Source: Amoebophrya sp. A120 (lineage: Eukaryota; Protista; Dinoflagellata). From it: a DNA stretch of 64,000 nucleotides. Position numbers and translations under genes: made by a program. This document shows, in pieces, positions 37,067 to 49,681 of this stretch. The notes beneath the pieces are model-generated. The model was not told the DNA's origin. It did no database searches and saw only the letters and a program-made list of their open reading frames with translations. Position 1 is the stretch's first letter, and the number at the start of each line of letters is the position of its first letter. The stretch spans positions 62,001-126,000 of the forward strand of contig CAJINV010000015.1 of the NCBI GenBank assembly GCA_905178155.1. The letters are read 5' to 3'.

Positions 37067-39372
37067 CTTGTTTTCCCTTTTCTGTTTTGTTTTCGATGTG
37101 GGTCTGAAAAATAAAAAGTTTTTTGAGATATTGGTATCGGACAATGAAGAAGAATAATCGATAGCTTCTAGCTCAAAAAGAAAACCTTTGTGCTAAATAA
37201 AGACCTGAGCGATACATTCATATGTGGTCTTCTATTTGATAATTATCAAGTTACTGCAGTTAGCCGGATTATCTAGTAGTACCACGGGAGTTAGATTCGA
37301 TGAGTACGGTGGAACAGAAATCTTTAGTTGCGCTATGATCTTACAGCAGGATCGGTAATGAATAAGGAGATAGAAGTTTTTCTTTCTGCCTTCTCTATGA
37401 TCTTCCGCTGTCAAAATTGACCTTCGACGCCCAACCACCACCATCGTGACAGGCAGGCTGGCAATACTGATCCTGCTCTCCCAGGAAGACACAACGAACA
37501 TACAATGAGCAATACTGTCGGTGTCATCGTGGTATTGGTGCGTCGCAACAAGAAAAAACCAACATCCACACAGTTCGCCGATGAACAAACCAAAAAAGGA
37601 AACCACGAACCGATGCCGCGCAGTTCCAGTTATTCTTCCGGAAAGTCATTTTCATTTTCAAGAACCAGGGTATAACTCTCAGCACTGCTTTGTTCACTTT
37701 TGTTGAATCACTTTCACTTGTCGTTACTTGAAAGGTCTCTAAAAATATCTGGCACAGCAGCTTTGGTTATGCGCAATGTACTCAATGCTCGCTCCTTTAT
37801 GCAGAAGACGAGCAGCACAATTGCCATTTCCGAAAACAGCCCCGGTGTATTTTCCGTACTTGAAAAGGTAGCGACTTGATGCAATTCGTCGTGCCTTTTA
37901 ACATTCCTTTTTCTAGAAATAAACTTGTACGGTGGGGGCTCCTCGCACTTTCGCCCTCTGTCTTGCAGGATCGCGAAACGTGCCTACGTGCTGTTGCAAG
38001 CATTTTCGCACTGATATTTTCTTACTCCAGGTATAAACAAAGACAGAAAGTCATAATATTAAATAAGTCTTGCGCTCTTGTTGTATTTTTCGAGCAGGTT
38101 GTTTTATCAGCAGATCATACTATTCGTCGGGTACTGCGAACCTGTTTCTCTCTGCATATCTCATTTATAAGTACTTTGCTGTGCCGCCCTCTTGCTCGTG
38201 ATATTCTAAGAAACTTCGGTTACATAAGGACGAGCATACGAAGCGGTCGGCGTTGGTTTCTTTGTAGATATCCTCAAAGCTGTGAAATATTATCGTGCCT
38301 CTAGGATTCCTTATTTCAGTGATGGTATTGTTTGTTATTGCAAGAACGAAATTGACCAGCGAAGCGGTCGCCGCCCCGTCAGACCGCCTACTCTTCTCTT
38401 GAAGAGCGGGATCTTTGCTAAGTAAAACATATAGTTTCAGAGCTAAATAATTCGATTTTCCTGGCTCGCCAAAATAGTAAACAGCTCACAAAAGTAAATG
38501 AAGGATTTTATGTCGCCAAAACTGAAAATAATTGTCTGTATCCCTGCAATATACCTCCTCCTCAACACAGACTCTGGAAACAAAGCCCGGGAAGAAATCG
38601 TGAGAGGCACTGCCGATACGAGGAAAATGAGCAAACGTGGAATCAACGACTAAAGGTACTTACATTGATGTTCGTTTGCAGTCGGCGATTGCAAACGGGC
38701 GTCAACACTTTTTGAATAAACTACGCATGGCGTAATTTATTGCTTTTGACTTGACGCGAACGCAACGTGCTCCTTTTTGAGAGATAGAAAATTCGATAAA
38801 TTTCAAAGAACTACCTCTCAACGACGCGGCTACATCAAGTAGCGCATAAAAATGCACATAAAATTTGAACTACAGTTTTTCCAATTTCAGACTGCAACGT
38901 GTGCAGTTGAAATCCAACCCCCACTCTCAGCACTGCTTTGTTCACTTTTGTTGAATCACTTTCACTTGTCGTTACTTGAAAGGTCTTTAATATCTGGCAC
39001 AGCAGCTTTGGTCATGCGCAATGTACTCAATGCTCGCTCCTTTATGCAGAAGACGGGCAGCACAATTGCCATTTCCGAAAACAGCCGCGACGAAGTTTTC
39101 GCACTTGAAAAGGTGGCGCTTTCATCGTGGTTTCAATACTTTTTTTTTTACAAATAAACTTGGGCGAGTTGCCGAATTTTCGCCATCTATCTTGCAAGAT
39201 CGCGAAACGTGCCCTCTTGCTGTTGCAAGCATTTTCGCACTGATATTACCTTACTTGTTCAGGTAAAGCAAATACAATAGGGGGTTTATAAACTTTGCGC
39301 TCTTGTATTCGAGCACGTTGTTTTATCAGCAGATCATTGATAGTCATATCTACAACTTTAACAAAAATTCAA

Positions 39373-39490
39373 AAGAGTTCAGTGCATCTCTTGAGTTCAG
39401 TGCACCTTTTGAGTTCAGTGCACCTTTTGAGTTCAGTGCATCTTTTGAGTTCAGTGCACCTTTTGAGTTCACTAAACCTTTTGAGTTCTT
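39373..39490. repeat. 18-bp tandem repeat, ~6 copies
   Basis: GAGTTCAGTGCA(C/T)CTTTT units. Confidence 0.9.
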
Positions 39491-39744
39491 CTTCGTCACA
39501 CATCATACATAGTTCACGAGAGTTCACAAAATTCACAGAATTCACAGAGTTCACAAAATTCAATCTTGATCTGAGCATCATCAATCTTACAATCATCATC
39601 TCATTCACCGAGCCACTATCTCGATCTTCAAGTCATAATCTCATTTAGAAAATCACAATCCATCATCTCGATCTCCGAATCCTTATCGCGATCTTAAAGT
39701 CGTAAATCCTTTTCGAAAGTCATAATCTTCGATCTCAGACACAA

Positions 39745-40373
39745 TATCTCGATCGCAGAGCCTTCATCTCAATCCCATTCATAATCTCCATCTTGGAAAA
39801 ATTATACACACTTTCATGCCATCACTATTCCAATCGTAAAATCTTCATCGCAGTCTTAAAGTCATGCTCTGCACTGAAAATCGCAATGCATCACCATCAT
39901 CATATCGAATGGGCGGGGGGGGGGGGGGGGGGGGGGGCGAGGGCCCCCCGCACTTATCTCGATCGCAGAGTCTTCGCCTCCATCTCATTCATAATCTCCA
40001 TCGTGGAAAAATTATAAACACTTTCAAACCACCACTATTCCAATCTTAAAATCTTCATCGCAGTCTTAAAATCCTACTTCGCACTGAAAATCGCAATGCA
40101 TCACCATCATCATATCGAATGGGCGGGGGGGGTGCGGGGGGGGGCGAGGGCCCCCCGCACTTATCTCGATCTCAGAGCCTTCATCTCAATCTCATCCATA
40201 ATCTCCATCTTGAAAAAATTATAAACACTTTCATACCATCACTATTTCAATCGTGAAATCTTCATCGCAGTCTTAGAGTCATATTCTGCACTGAAAATCG
40301 CGATGGATGCATCACCGTCATCATATCGAATGGGCGGGGGGGGCGCGGGGGGGGGCGAGGGCCCCCCGCACTT
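39745..40373. repeat. ~208-bp tandem repeat, 3 copies, each ending in a G-tract/C-tract
   Basis: Units start near 39751, 39961 and 40168; each contains GAATGGGCG(G)nCGAGGGCCCCCCGCACTT. Confidence 0.9.
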
Positions 40374-41089
40374 CATCACCATCATCATCATATTGATCAT
40401 CATGGTCATCATGTACGTGGGGCGGGGATAATAATCACCATCATCGTCGTCATTCATGAGATAGCCGCGACTCTTCAATCATCATCTTCATCATCATCGC
40501 CATCATTCCTATCCGAGAAGATAGCGGCGAAGAGCAAGCTGCACCGTGCGCCATTTCCTCAAAGGCGAGGCGGGGGCCGTGCTTCATTTTTGTTTTTCAG
40601 CTTCCAAAACACGAACGGCCTGACTTTTTTCCGCGCAAGCGACGACCGAGGGACCGACAAGTGGCGCGTGGCAGCGCCCTAACGCAAAGAAGAAGCCGAG
40701 CGGAAGACGAAAGTAGACCGATCGAGGCGCCACATTTCAACTACCCATCGACAAGCAGCTTCCTACGTAGGAGGCAACATTGGCTACAGACGCCAACGCG
40801 TCCACTTCGTTCTAATGACACCACATGCACAACAGTGGCGCAACACACGCTCGAGCTCCAGCCACAGGGAAAAACATTCTTTCGATGCGCGCGGCGTTTC
40901 CTCAACATGCGCAAGAGGGCCACGCGCACGGGGCTGCTAGCGTGCCGCTTGACAAATGTACTGCAATCGAAAATCAGCGTTGGGGTTTGGGTCTTGAAAT
41001 TGAAAACACAGACACAGAGTGACAACCTAGCCGCGGAGACTTCCCAAAAACTCGCTCTCCTCTACAGCCTCTAGCTCGGCGCCCTGTCC

Positions 41090-41485
41090 TTAGATATTTC
41101 TGAAATAGTTCGGCCGCAGAGTCACGTCAGGCCGCAACTCGCGGAAAGCGCGATCCGCCACGTCTATAAAATTCTCCGAGGCTCGGTAGTCCAGGTCCAT
41201 GATGTACTTCCCCGGGCGCCATGATATCAGCCACCAATCTTCGCCCGCAAGCATAGCACTGCCGGGCTCCTTTTGTCCCTTTGGTTCCTGCGACGTGAAG
41301 AACCAGCAAACAACGTGGCCGCTAGCGGCCTTCGAGTCCCCGACCCAGATGTATTCCGCACGGTTTGCGCCGTCGGCGCGCCCCTCTCTCTCCGAACCCG
41401 TGCGCCGGTGGTACATGGCGCCCCGAATTAAATCCACCTTCCGCCCCTTCTCATCCGGGTGATTTGGGAAATCAGGCTTCGACAT
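41090..41485 (-). CDS. Intronless 131-aa hypothetical protein inside a 3.2-kb insertion
   Basis: ATG-initiated ORF with globular-looking composition (YIWVGDS, VVCWFFT, WWLISWRPG). No family recognised. Confidence 0.4.
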   Translation of the reverse strand: MSKPDFPNHPDEKGRKVDLIRGAMYHRRTGSEREGRADGANRAEYIWVGDSKAASGHVVCWFFTSQEPKGQKEPGSAMLAGEDWWLISWRPGKYIMDLDYRASENFIDVADRAFRELRPDVTLRPNYFRNI

Positions 41486-43358
41486 TGGTTGCGGAGTGGA
41501 GAATGTTTCAAATAAGGCTTCTACTACTAGATGCGCGGCTGCACTTGCAGGAGAAGACGGCGCGCCAATGATGCAGACTTACCAAAAGGAGCGATGGCGC
41601 CAACTACACAACGACAGAGCTTCGTATAGCAATGGGCAAAAGCTAGGCTTTCTCTAAATGAATGTAAATGGTTGCAGTGGTAAAAAGAAAAGCAAAAGCT
41701 AGACCGTCGCTGTTCGGGGATGAAGTGTGGATATGAGAGGGTGGGGCGATTGTAAGTATGAACCGCAGCAAGGCCCCTAGGGGTTCGCCAGCGCGAGGGC
41801 GAAGCAACCTGCCCGCGCCCCCGCCTGTGGCATACGTGCCCGGCGTAGCTTTTTGATCATCGTTTCTTGCTCCTGGGCCTGGCCTACTGCAGATCTCGCA
41901 TGCCGGCTAGCCAGCATGACTGCGTGGCCGGCCGCGCAACTTGAACTTCTAACAGCCTTGGATGCGTATCTTCTTTTCTAATCGATCGTTTGCTTTTTTA
42001 TCATCGTCTTATCATCATCATCATCATCATCATCGCCATCGTCTATCCTGCGCGGGGTATTGCGCAATAGAGGGCTAAAAAGTTTCTTCGTGGCAGCAGG
42101 AGAGGGCGATTTTAGTTCCTTCATTGCTGCAGACGCGACCTCTACTGTCTGGGTGGTTCTGATGTGTACGCAGGAAAAGTACGAAGTCGGACCCTCAATA
42201 CGTACGCAGGGACAGAATCGCGCAAACAGGGGGGGGGCTTGCGGCGGTCTTCCCCACGACCGGGAAACTGCGGCGCCATCCCCCAACGAAGGCTTCGCGT
42301 GTGTTCCCTACCGAGTACCACTGCGCCTCTGCGAAAAAAGTTCGCGCAAGCGGCTCCGCGTTCCTGCGGGACGGGTTGGGGCCGGTCTCCCTCCCCCCAG
42401 GAGTGAGCCGCCTTCCTTGCTTCCTCACCCACCACCCCCACTAACCCTACTACCCATTCTAGCGCAAGTTTGCGCTGTCACGCCGAGCGGGCGAAGCTAT
42501 TCGATTCTCGTTATACTACTACTCGTCGTCGTCAGCTGCTGCGAGCCTGTTTTTATCTGCATATCTCATCTAATATACTTTGCTGTGCCGGCCTCTCGCT
42601 CGTGATATTCTAGGAAACTTCTGTTGCATAAGGATGGACTATCATACGAAGCGGTCGGCGAGGGATTTTTTGCAAAAAGCTTCAGAGTTCCGAAGTATTT
42701 TCGTGCCTGCAGGATTCTTTGTTTGAGTGATTGCATTCGTGAAAGAACGACATTAACCAGCGAAGCGGTCGCCGCTCCGTCAGACCGCCTTCTCTTCTCT
42801 TGAAGAGGGGGATCTTTCGCTAAGTAAATCATGTAGTTTCAGAAATAAATTTGATTTCCCTGGCTCGCCAAAATATTATGGCTCACAAAAGCAAAAGGAT
42901 TTCATGTCGCCAAAACTGAAAATAATTGTCTGTATCCCTACAATATACCTCTTGCGTAACTACACAGCTGGAATAAACAAAGCCCGAGGCACTGCCGATA
43001 CGAGGAAAATGAGCACTCATGGAACCAACGACTAAGATACATTGATGTGCGTTTGCAGTCGACGATTGCAAACGTACCCCACTTTTTGAAGTAGAGCAGA
43101 GAGATTAGTGAAGAAATACGCATGGCATTATAATTCATGTGGTGAGATAAAGAACAAAAGATTTTGATCTGGCGCAAACACAACGTGCTTTTTTTTCAGA
43201 GATGCAAAATTTGATAAAATTGAAAGAACCTCTCGTCAGGCTACAAGAAGTGGTACATAAAATTTGAACTACATTTTCTTAATTTCAGGCAGCAACATGT
43301 GCACTTGAAATTCAACGTCGTTTTCAACAACAACCGTCGTCCACCTTGGTCTTTTTTG

Positions 43359-45613
43359 TCACCGGCGAACAGGAAGACACGGAGCTCGAACTGCTCGCGC
43401 AACTGCATTCGGTATGCACTGCAAGTATGTCTGGGTCTGGAAACTTGTGTTGCTCCTGCTACTCGCATGGTAGATCGCCCACTTGCGCGGCATAACATCA
43501 TCAGAAGTTTTGCGAGCCTTATTGCAGACTGATTCGTCTTCAGATGCAGGACAAGAAACTGAGTTTCACAGCACAAAAAAAGGTGGCAATTCGTATCGAT
43601 GCATAACAGATCAAGATCATCTCCTTGTCCGCTTCGACTTTCGCATCACAAATTCAGACTCAAAGACATTTGTAGTGCATATTCGGATTCCCGCCCGAGG
43701 GGTGCGATGGTGGAGAGGTCCGTCGTACTCGTTTTCTCCGCAGCTGCTGACGAAATTCCTCCTCCTATCCTGAGTAAAAACGTACCCACACCAGAGTCAG
43801 GATGAGGATTTTGCAACACAAACCTAGGAGTTTTGTGAGTCACGCATGACAAGTTTCAGTCCGTAAGGTAGTGCAAGTTAGCAAGGAAAGCTGCATCACA
43901 AATCGACCTGCTGATCCTGTTCACAGCATCACAAATTCCAAAACACGATTGGAAATGGCTCTCATGGGGATGCGCATCACAAATGTCTTTGTCATTGCAA
44001 ATCTGCATTACAACTCTGGTGTGGGTACGTTTTTACTCAGGATACCTCCCCGGGCCTCGGCCGCCATCGCTAACAGGGAAGTAGTGATGGAGAACGGAAC
44101 CACATTCATCATATCGGTGTTGCCGCCATCATATCAAATGCAAAAATGTCTGGGTCTGGAAGATTGCAGGAGTTTGTCATGCATCTTCTGGATCACGCAA
44201 CTGGTCTCTAATGCACGCAAAAGCATTACAGGTTTTGCGCAGGCCTTCTGATGTCTATCCCGCATGAGAAATTCCCTATTTGCGTAGCAAGAAATGGGAA
44301 GCTTTTGGTGCTTCTGCAATACAAATATTTGCCTATTCCAGAATTCGCATGACAAGTTCCAACTCTTCCAGACCCAGACATTTTTGCATTTGATACATCA
44401 TTTTCGGAAGAGATGAACACGAGCTCGTCGTCCCCAACCACCGGAAATTTCCCTATCAAATGTAAAAATGTCTGGGTCTGGAAGAATGCAACTTGTGATG
44501 CTGCATTTGGATTCAAAAAAAATCTGTATTGCATGAGTACCAAAGGGAAGGCAATTTTTGCTCCGCTGAGAAGGCATTTGTCATGCGGAATAGGCATCGG
44601 GAAGCCCTCAGAAAATCTGTATTGCTAGGGTATGCATCACAGACATCATGGCTCATGCAAAACGTGCATGACAAGTGTCAGAATCTTTCAGACCCAGACA
44701 TTTTTACAGTTGATATTCCCGGGACACTCCTGATTCAACACTTCCGTCACGGCACCACCGGCGTCGAACAGCCGCGGCGAGCCGTTAACCCGCCGCGGCA
44801 GGGCGGGCAAAGTGGGAATCGCATCCTCCTCCTCGTTATGCATTGCAAAAATGTCTGGGTCTGGAAGAATGCAACTTGTGATGCGCATTTCAGAACACAG
44901 AAAAATCTCTCATGCATAGGTAGCAAAAGCTGCCCACTTTCTGTCACCAAAATGGGGGATTTTTCATGCGGATTCGGCATTGCGGAAGCTTCTCCAAACC
45001 TGTGATGCTAGAGCTTCCATGCCAGACCTTGTGTGTCATGCAAAAACAGCATGAATCTTCCAGACCCAGACATTTTTGCATTTGATACTCGTCGTCGTCA
45101 TCCCACGAGCCGTGCGGGAGGAAAATCGCGGCAGGGAGATCATCGTCGCGAAGGGAGAGGACGTTCTTCGGTTTATTGTGAGGAAAAATCCCCCCTCCCC
45201 ATACCGAAAGGGTATGCTTACAAAAATTTGCGATGCTGATTTGAGACCAAATCCTGCGTCTCTTGCAGGAGGGCAAATCCAAAGAATCCGCCATCTTATG
45301 CAGGCGATTTGTAATGCTCTTACGCCTACATGGCAGGCCTCTGCTATGCTAAGCACCTACACCAAAACATCCCTAAGCAGGCTGAAAATTTGCCTGCAGT
45401 GCCTCACTGCAATACAGAGCTGATTTGTGTACACAAATGCAGCAACAGAAATGTCCGTTTCAGTATGGGGAGGGGGGATTTTTCACTTTGATGCGGTTGT
45501 TGTGCTTCTCCCAGTTCTCCATTGTTGTTCTTCTTGTTCTTTTCGTTGCAATTCCGCAGCTGGGGCAGCTGCAGCTGGGGCTTCATCTCGTTCTCCTGTT
45601 TTAGGGAAGACAT
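43359..45613 (-). CDS. Hypothetical protein, 7 exons
   Basis: ATG 45613 to TGA 43359 is one open frame after removing six elements, each with a perfect 5-bp TSD. Confidence 0.7.
43413..43681. mobile_element. TIR introner, family A (diverged)
   Basis: TAT..ATA, TSD TTCGG. Confidence 0.85.
43766..44044. mobile_element. TIR introner, family C
   Basis: TAT..ATA, TSD CCTCC. Confidence 0.9.
44132..44395. mobile_element. TIR introner, family A
   Basis: TAT..ATA, TSD CATCA. Confidence 0.9.
44454..44715. mobile_element. TIR introner, family A
   Basis: TAT..ATA, TSD TTCCC. Confidence 0.9.
44837..45087. mobile_element. TIR introner, family A
   Basis: TAT..ATA, TSD CTCGT; close relative of 59179-59430. 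Confidence 0.9.
45174..45493. mobile_element. TIR introner, family B
   Basis: TAT..ATG, TSD CGGTT. Confidence 0.88.
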
Positions 45614-46769
45614 AGTGCTGGACCTTTGGTGCTCCTGTGCCGCGGGATTGACACTTGACGTGATTGTTTCTCGCTTGTCGAAGTTGTGACGCAGTAGAGC
45701 CCTGCAAATTGGTGGAGTACTTTCTTCTTCGTTCTTGATTTCGTCTGTGCCGCAATGTCGAGAGGCGAAAAATTCTAAGGGAAGGGTCGAATAGTTTGTT
45801 GAATAACAACTGCTTCGGCGACGTTTTTTTCTCGTATCAAAAGAACAATGCGCGCAATAATAATTATCACTTTTTTTAGAGCGAAAAATGCAGGGTTTCT
45901 CGTTGTTGCAAATCGTAGAGACAGGAGAGTATTTAAATAATTCGAAAAAAGAGGAGCGAAATAACTTTGAAACAGAATGTTAACTGGTACTTTTGTTTTC
46001 TCCTTCGCGTTTTTGATGATACCGGATTAAGTGTCTTGCAGTGGTGGACTAGAAATTGGCGCGGCAATATTACGGGCTGTACTAGTACAGCTGCTCGCGA
46101 ATGGAAATCTGCACTTTTTCCGTCTCGTGACAGCGAAAAGATACAGCAGAACCTTGTCAAAAAAGAAGCTATAATGCGAACTTGTCTTCGTCTTCTACTT
46201 TTGATCTATGATCGTCGTCAAATAGGGCAAATACGATAATTTCCTACTTTTTGTCTTGTTCGCTGAGATGAATCAGGAGGAAATTCCAACTCTTTGATTC
46301 AGGAACGTCGAAAAACAGCAACTTTCCGAATCGGAAGCGTGCTGAAGGATGAAGTTCTACGTGCTGCGTCACATACTGCTAGATTGATCCAAAAACCAGG
46401 AGCATGCACAGCGATCGTGCAGCGCAACAGTTCTTTCGAATTCGATCTCGATCGGGCAAAATGAAGATCATGTGGTGGCGCGCTTCAAAGAAAAAAAATC
46501 CGAGCTCGAGGTGAAAGAGAGGAACAAGAAAACGCGTGAAGTTGCGCTGGAGGGGCGGGGAAATAGTTCGTGAAAAGGTTACTCTTTGAGGATCGTCAGC
46601 TGTCCGCCTGGATCTCTGTTTCATCATCGTGGTCTTCAAAGTAGAAAAAAACACGGTCACAAAAGCACAGCTCCGGTATGTTCAATCGAAGTAGAATCGC
46701 TGTGTTCATTCTTAGAACATCTTGACAACAAATCTCTAGCGGAGTTGTTGTACTTACTTCACGACCCGT

Positions 46770-46976
46770 CAACATCTGTACTACCTGTAGTAATATGTCC
46801 CCTTTCAAAATCCAAAATCGTCGTACTGTCAAAAGAACACAAGTTGGTCCTCCCGTGGCTCAGCACGCTCGCCGGCGGCTGTTTCGTTGTCCGTTCGTAT
46901 TCCGCGAGCTCTCTTTGCGTTCTGTGTGGGACAATGTTTGAAACGTCGAGCGACATGTGGTAGAAGGTCAAATTCT
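46770..46976. repeat. ~200-bp diverged direct repeat, copy 1
   Basis: AACATCTGTA.TACCTGTAGTA...TCCAAAATCGTCGTACTGTCAAAA...GGTCAAATTC, shared with 49682-49890. Confidence 0.8.
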
Positions 46977-47072
46977 TAGTATAAAGTCTGTAGATGGATT
47001 TCTTTCCATCATGCGACTTGTAGTGGATGACTTGTGGATGACTTGTGGATTCTGTAGATGGATTTCTATGCG

Positions 47073-47470
47073 ACTTGTGGATTTCTTTGCATCACTTCTG
47101 TAGTTTTCAATATATGCTGACTGTACATCAACATTTTTAGATTGTTCCTTCAGTGTGCTTGTGGATGCGAATTCGTATCGCTATTGCTATTTTCGTAAAG
47201 TTAGATCTTTCACAGGCCGGCATGGTACGGTAAAACATAAACTGCACTTACACGCTCTTGTGGTAGAAGGTCAAATGCACTTGTAGGAGAGCGACATGTG
47301 CCACTTGTGGATTTCTTTGCATCACTTCTGTAGTTTTCAATATATGCTAAGTGTACATCATTTTTAGATTATTCTTTCATACGAATTCGTCATGATGTTG
47401 CTATTTTTGTAAAGTTAGATCTTTGACAGGCTGGCATGGTACGGTAAAACAAAAACTGTACACGTTCTCA
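47073..47470. repeat. Local tandem duplication, ~230-bp period
   Basis: ACTTGTGGATTTCTTTGCATCACTTCTGTAGTTTTCAATATATGCT...GGCATGGTACGGTAAAACA occurs twice. Confidence 0.85.
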
Positions 47471-47779
47471 CTTTATATCCCAAAAGAATTCGGTATCGAC
47501 AAGTTTTGTACAACGGGATAGAGATAGTGGCTGGATAAGAAGCTTGAAAGTATGTGTGTCTGGTTTTCTAAAAGAACTTTGTTTTCGAAAACGAACGTAC
47601 TAGTAGCTTGTGCTATGTAAAGCTCATAGTCGAAGTATCAACTTCTACAGGAAATTTTTGTAGAAGAGAATAAAACACGCCGCCCAGTGGTCATTTTCGA
47701 CAACGAAATTTATATTTGTCGTAGAAGTTGTTTAGTTCTCGACGCACGGGAATGTAGCGCGTGTACTGGCGAATCTGTG

Positions 47780-48568
47780 TCAACCGCCAGCACCAGGCCC
47801 GTCGAGAAAGTCAGAGTCATCTTCAAGCCCAAACGCTGGAGGTAATTTGAACGGGGCAAGTAAAGATAAATCCGCTGGCTCATCTGGCAGTACAAGGATA
47901 CTACTAAGCGGCCCCCGTTTCGCATCTACTTCACGAGGAGGCCTAGGCGAGGAAGGTGTTCTGCTCATCGGCAGCAAGGCCGACGAAGATGCCGCGCCGC
48001 TCCCTACATGGTCCTCGTCGCTGTTTCGCCTCGAACTCGATCCACTTCCAAACATATAAAAATAATCACAATTCGCAGACGAGGGCGCTGGGTCCGCCCA
48101 GTTGCGGGGCATGTGGGATCTCTGTTTTTCAAAGTCGTTATTCCCATTCTTGTCCCGCACCGTCGAGTGGATTGGCAACGATCCCAACACCATGCTGCGA
48201 ATTGGGGATTGCGGGCTGCTGTGCGTCGGGGATTGCGGGCGGCTGTACGTCGCCTCTCGTTCTTCCGGTCCAGTCGTCCTTGATTGTGCGTTCCGGTCCA
48301 GTCGTCCTTTCTGCGTTGGGGATTGCGGGCGGCTGTGCGTCGCAGCGTCTTCCGCGAATTGTCGGAGGTCTAGGTGCCCGTGGACGCGATCCAGATGCTG
48401 ACGCCGCCGATCGCGACCACCATTCGCATAATTTATAGTCGCGGAGGCTACTGCGTGTGGCGACGATGCTTCTTTGTGGAGCCCGGACGCGACAGCTGCC
48501 ATTACCGGTATCGCCGAGTTCACGAGAAAGGCGAACAAGCAGCACTTTCCTCCCTCAAATCTCGACAT
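47780..48568 (-). CDS. Intronless 262-aa hypothetical protein, possible signal peptide, short (R/S)PQSP repeats
   Basis: ATG-initiated ORF with hydrophobic N-terminus CLFAFLVNSAIPVMAAVA. Confidence 0.5.
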   Translation of the reverse strand: MSRFEGGKCCLFAFLVNSAIPVMAAVASGLHKEASSPHAVASATINYANGGRDRRRQHLDRVHGHLDLRQFAEDAATHSRPQSPTQKGRLDRNAQSRTTGPEEREATYSRPQSPTHSSPQSPIRSMVLGSLPIHSTVRDKNGNNDFEKQRSHMPRNWADPAPSSANCDYFYMFGSGSSSRRNSDEDHVGSGAASSSALLPMSRTPSSPRPPREVDAKRGPLSSILVLPDEPADLSLLAPFKLPPAFGLEDDSDFLDGPGAGG

Positions 48569-49620
48569 TGGTAGCTTGAACTGTGGCCATAAGGAAACAA
48601 CAACTATGGTGCCTCTGCTGCAGACATGTAATCTAAATGAGGTTGAAGGTGAAGGCGAAAGTGAAAATATCCAGGCCTAGTGGCTATTCACACGACGCTT
48701 CTGTAAGCGACCGCGGCAGAGGTGAGGACGTTTTACAACACGGGAGCAGCCCCCGGGGCCAACTATTATGCAAACCCGTGTTTGCACAGATTGAGCTTTT
48801 CTATTTTTGGGAATACAAATCGATGCCAGGGCTATAGAAAAATCGTTCGTGAATACGGGTCGTTGTTTGTCGTGCGTAACTATTCCACAAAAAGGCGAGA
48901 TGCGCGAACGAGGTGAAAATATTATCAAGACAGCCCTGGGTTTCGATTGAAAGAGGAGCACCGCTCGAAGGATCTAGTTTCGAAGTGGAGAGGTTAGAGC
49001 ATCGCAATCATTCCCAAAAGGCCCGCAGTTAGGTGCGGGTTCGCAATGCTTTTATTTTTTTTTCCCAAAGTGTAGGCGTTACACTCACCACACAACTTCA
49101 GTTTACCTAGAACCCAATTTGTAAGAACGGCGTAACATCAAATGGCCTGCCAACTCTAGCCCGCGAGTTAAGCGTCCGGCCGACCGGCCAATGACAACGA
49201 GAAAGCGAGCACCTCTGGGGCTGTTTGCCCCCAGCCAGAAACCCTCTACCGTCCAAGCCGCGAGGGAGCTAAATGACCGTCCGGCCGGCCTGCCGGGCGG
49301 TTAACTCGCGGGCGCTAGGGAATTCCCCCCTATGTTACCCGCCCGGCTCTAGTGCTAATTCCCCCCTATGTATACCCAAATAGTCTAGCTCTAGCTCGAA
49401 AATGCGACTTGTAATGCTGCCCGTACAATTGCGATTCCATTTCTTCGCGATTCGATGATAAGTGCGAAAATATACAGAGTCCGAATGCTAACTTAGGCCG
49501 CGATGTTGAAGAACCCAGTTGGCCCAATAAACATATGCTTGGCCCAAGATAAACCCTTTGTGAAACTGTACACGAAGATTTCAAAAAGTAAATATTCAAA
49601 AATCATACAACATTTATATA

Positions 49621-49642
49621 CTTGAGCTAAAATGGCTACGGA
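49621..49642 (-). other. Dinoflagellate spliced-leader-like sequence (relict SL or SL-RNA pseudogene)
   Basis: Minus strand reads TCCGTAGCCATTTTAGCTCAAG versus DinoSL DCCGTAGCCATTTTGGCTCAAG, one mismatch. Confidence 0.8.
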
Positions 49643-49681
49643 GAGCTCCTGTGGCCAAAATGATCTTAGTTCCTCCATCTT

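Larger units (their letters stand above)
39338..42517. mobile_element. ~3.2-kb insertion of unknown class
   Basis: Absent from the paralogous copy at ~38118. Contains tandem repeats, G-tracts and a 131-aa ORF. No clear TIR or TSD. Confidence 0.5.
37675..43317. repeat. Diverged tandem duplication of a ~1.25-kb non-coding segment, second copy split by an insertion
   Basis: 37675-38922 matches 38923-39337 followed by ~42518-43317. Confidence 0.8.
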
